The translations under genes were made by a program, and so were the position numbers. Shown one piece after another: positions 63,113-64,000 of a stretch of 64,000 nt of DNA. The DNA is from Blastocatellia bacterium (lineage in GTDB: Bacteria > Acidobacteriota > Blastocatellia > UBA7656), in NCBI GenBank assembly GCA_963765495.1, contig CAVXWP010000006.1, positions 213,695 through 277,694 on the forward strand. Reading direction: 5' to 3'. The notes below the pieces were generated by a model. That model was given only the letters and a program-made list of their open reading frames with translations, did no database searches and was not told where the DNA came from. Every line of letters starts with the position of its first letter. Positions within the stretch are counted from its first letter, which is position 1.

Positions 63113-63502
63113 ATGAAGCGTACGTGGACAATCATAGGCGTTGCTGATGTTACTCGAAGTTTCAAGTGGTATCAGTCGCTGTTTGGCCAACCGGAAACCA
63201 ATCCCGCTCATCAGGACTTCGGGCAAATCCTAGACACCGATGCAACGGTCTTGCTTTGCCTTCACCAGTGGGGAGCCCACGAACATCCACCACTGACCAG
63301 TCCCGATCATGCTCAGCCTGGCAATGGACTACTCTTGTTCTTTCGTGTGGACGACTTCGATGAGACGCTGCATCGAGCACGTGCCCTTGTCGCTGAACTG
63401 GAAGAGGAACCGCATGTGAGCCCCAATACCGGCACCAGAGAATTCGCACTCCGAGATCCTGATGGGTATTACGTGATGGTCAGTGCGCTGGCTGCGGCCT
63501 AA
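63113..63502 (+). CDS. Cassette 26: VOC/glyoxalase family protein
   Basis: VADVTRSFKWYQSLFG, FRVDD, REFALRDPDGY; AGGAGG RBS; stop lies in attC. Confidence 0.9.
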   Translation: MKRTWTIIGVADVTRSFKWYQSLFGQPETNPAHQDFGQILDTDATVLLCLHQWGAHEHPPLTSPDHAQPGNGLLLFFRVDDFDETLHRARALVAELEEEPHVSPNTGTREFALRDPDGYYVMVSALAAA

Positions 63503-63581
63503 CTGCTCATTCCAGCGGACGCGCATTCCACCATTTGATTATCCCTTTGCCACCAGCGCGCCGCTGAACTCGGCGTTAGGC
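63497..63581 (+). repeat. attC 26
   Basis: GCCTAAC...GTTAGGC. Confidence 0.92.
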
Positions 63582-64000
63582 GTCAGAATATCGATAGAGA
63601 GGAAACGGCTCATCAAGCGATGCCAAAAAGACCTGTTATGGAGTCACTGCCGAGAACGATCAATCTTCTCGCCTTCATCAGGCTCACACTTCTACAATGC
63701 AGTGCTTTCAGCTATGCTCTGTCTCTGGGTTATTTGCCAAAGAGCCTCTTCAAGCCAGTTTGCCTGATAAGCCTTGGCCAAAGCAGACCTGCTTGGGAAG
63801 GAAGCTTTCGACCAGGCAAACAGCTTTTAAGCAGTCAGGAAGAAACTGCAAAGAGAAGGGAGGAAGAGGATTGGAAGATGAAAACGAGCGAAGGCGAAGA
63901 GATAAATCAGCAAGGGGAGCCGCCTAACAAGTCGATCAACCGGACCCGCAAACCAACTTCTCGTTATCCCTGAGCCCACAGCGGGCCGGTTATCTCGGTG
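63576..64000 (+). other. Cassette 27, probably non-coding, family D (copy of 9)
   Basis: 425 bp to window end. Confidence 0.7.
63922..64000 (+). repeat. attC 27 (truncated by window end)
   Basis: GCCTAAC...CCGGTTATCTCGGTG. Confidence 0.85.

Larger units (their letters stand above)
43565..64000. mobile_element. tRNA-Lys-integrated genomic island (left part); right end not seen in window
   Basis: tRNA fragment, arm-like repeats, excisionase-like HTHs, primase, drop in GC; inclusion of the integron is inferred from absence of the intact tRNA in the window. Confidence 0.65.
49876..64000 (+). mobile_element. Integron with at least 27 cassettes, array continues past window
   Basis: intI divergent from attI and 27 regularly spaced attC sites. 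Confidence 0.95.

Noticed and set aside
51279-64000. CRISPR array interpretation of the regularly spaced repeats
   Set aside because: Repeats are 85-87 bp imperfect palindromes with RYYTAAC/GTTRRRY ends, spacers are 180-1150 bp and some hold genes, intI is adjacent and no cas genes are present.

Overview
Bacterial chromosomal window, plausibly Acidobacteriota (an inference from the gene repertoire). Positions 1-43.0 kb are mostly ordinary GC-rich host genes: rsmB, MscS, YihY, dehydratase, queC, TPR proteins, ald, aldehyde dehydrogenase, a sigma54-activator/RND efflux module, MFS, MoxR-DUF58-transglutaminase, cyclase, aldolase and a frameshifted ~2100-aa surface protein. Many gene junctions carry 7-bp-repeat hairpins. 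At 43565-43609 a 3'-half tRNA-Lys(CTT) fragment marks the edge of a more AT-rich integrated element with two HTH/excisionase-like genes, a primase-ATPase with internal iterons, and a DUF6788-like gene. It is followed by an integron: intI (49876-50829, minus), attI (~51011) and at least 27 cassettes with homogeneous 85-87 bp attC sites, running off the window end. Eighteen of the 27 cassettes have no convincing ORF. They fall into two superfamilies of length-conserved, apparently structured non-coding elements: one with a GCCGCGC-N38-GCGCGGC stem, the other a long pyrimidine/purine rod. Five unrelated protein-coding cassettes share a promoter-like leader. All calls were made by eye from motifs; no searches or folding were run.
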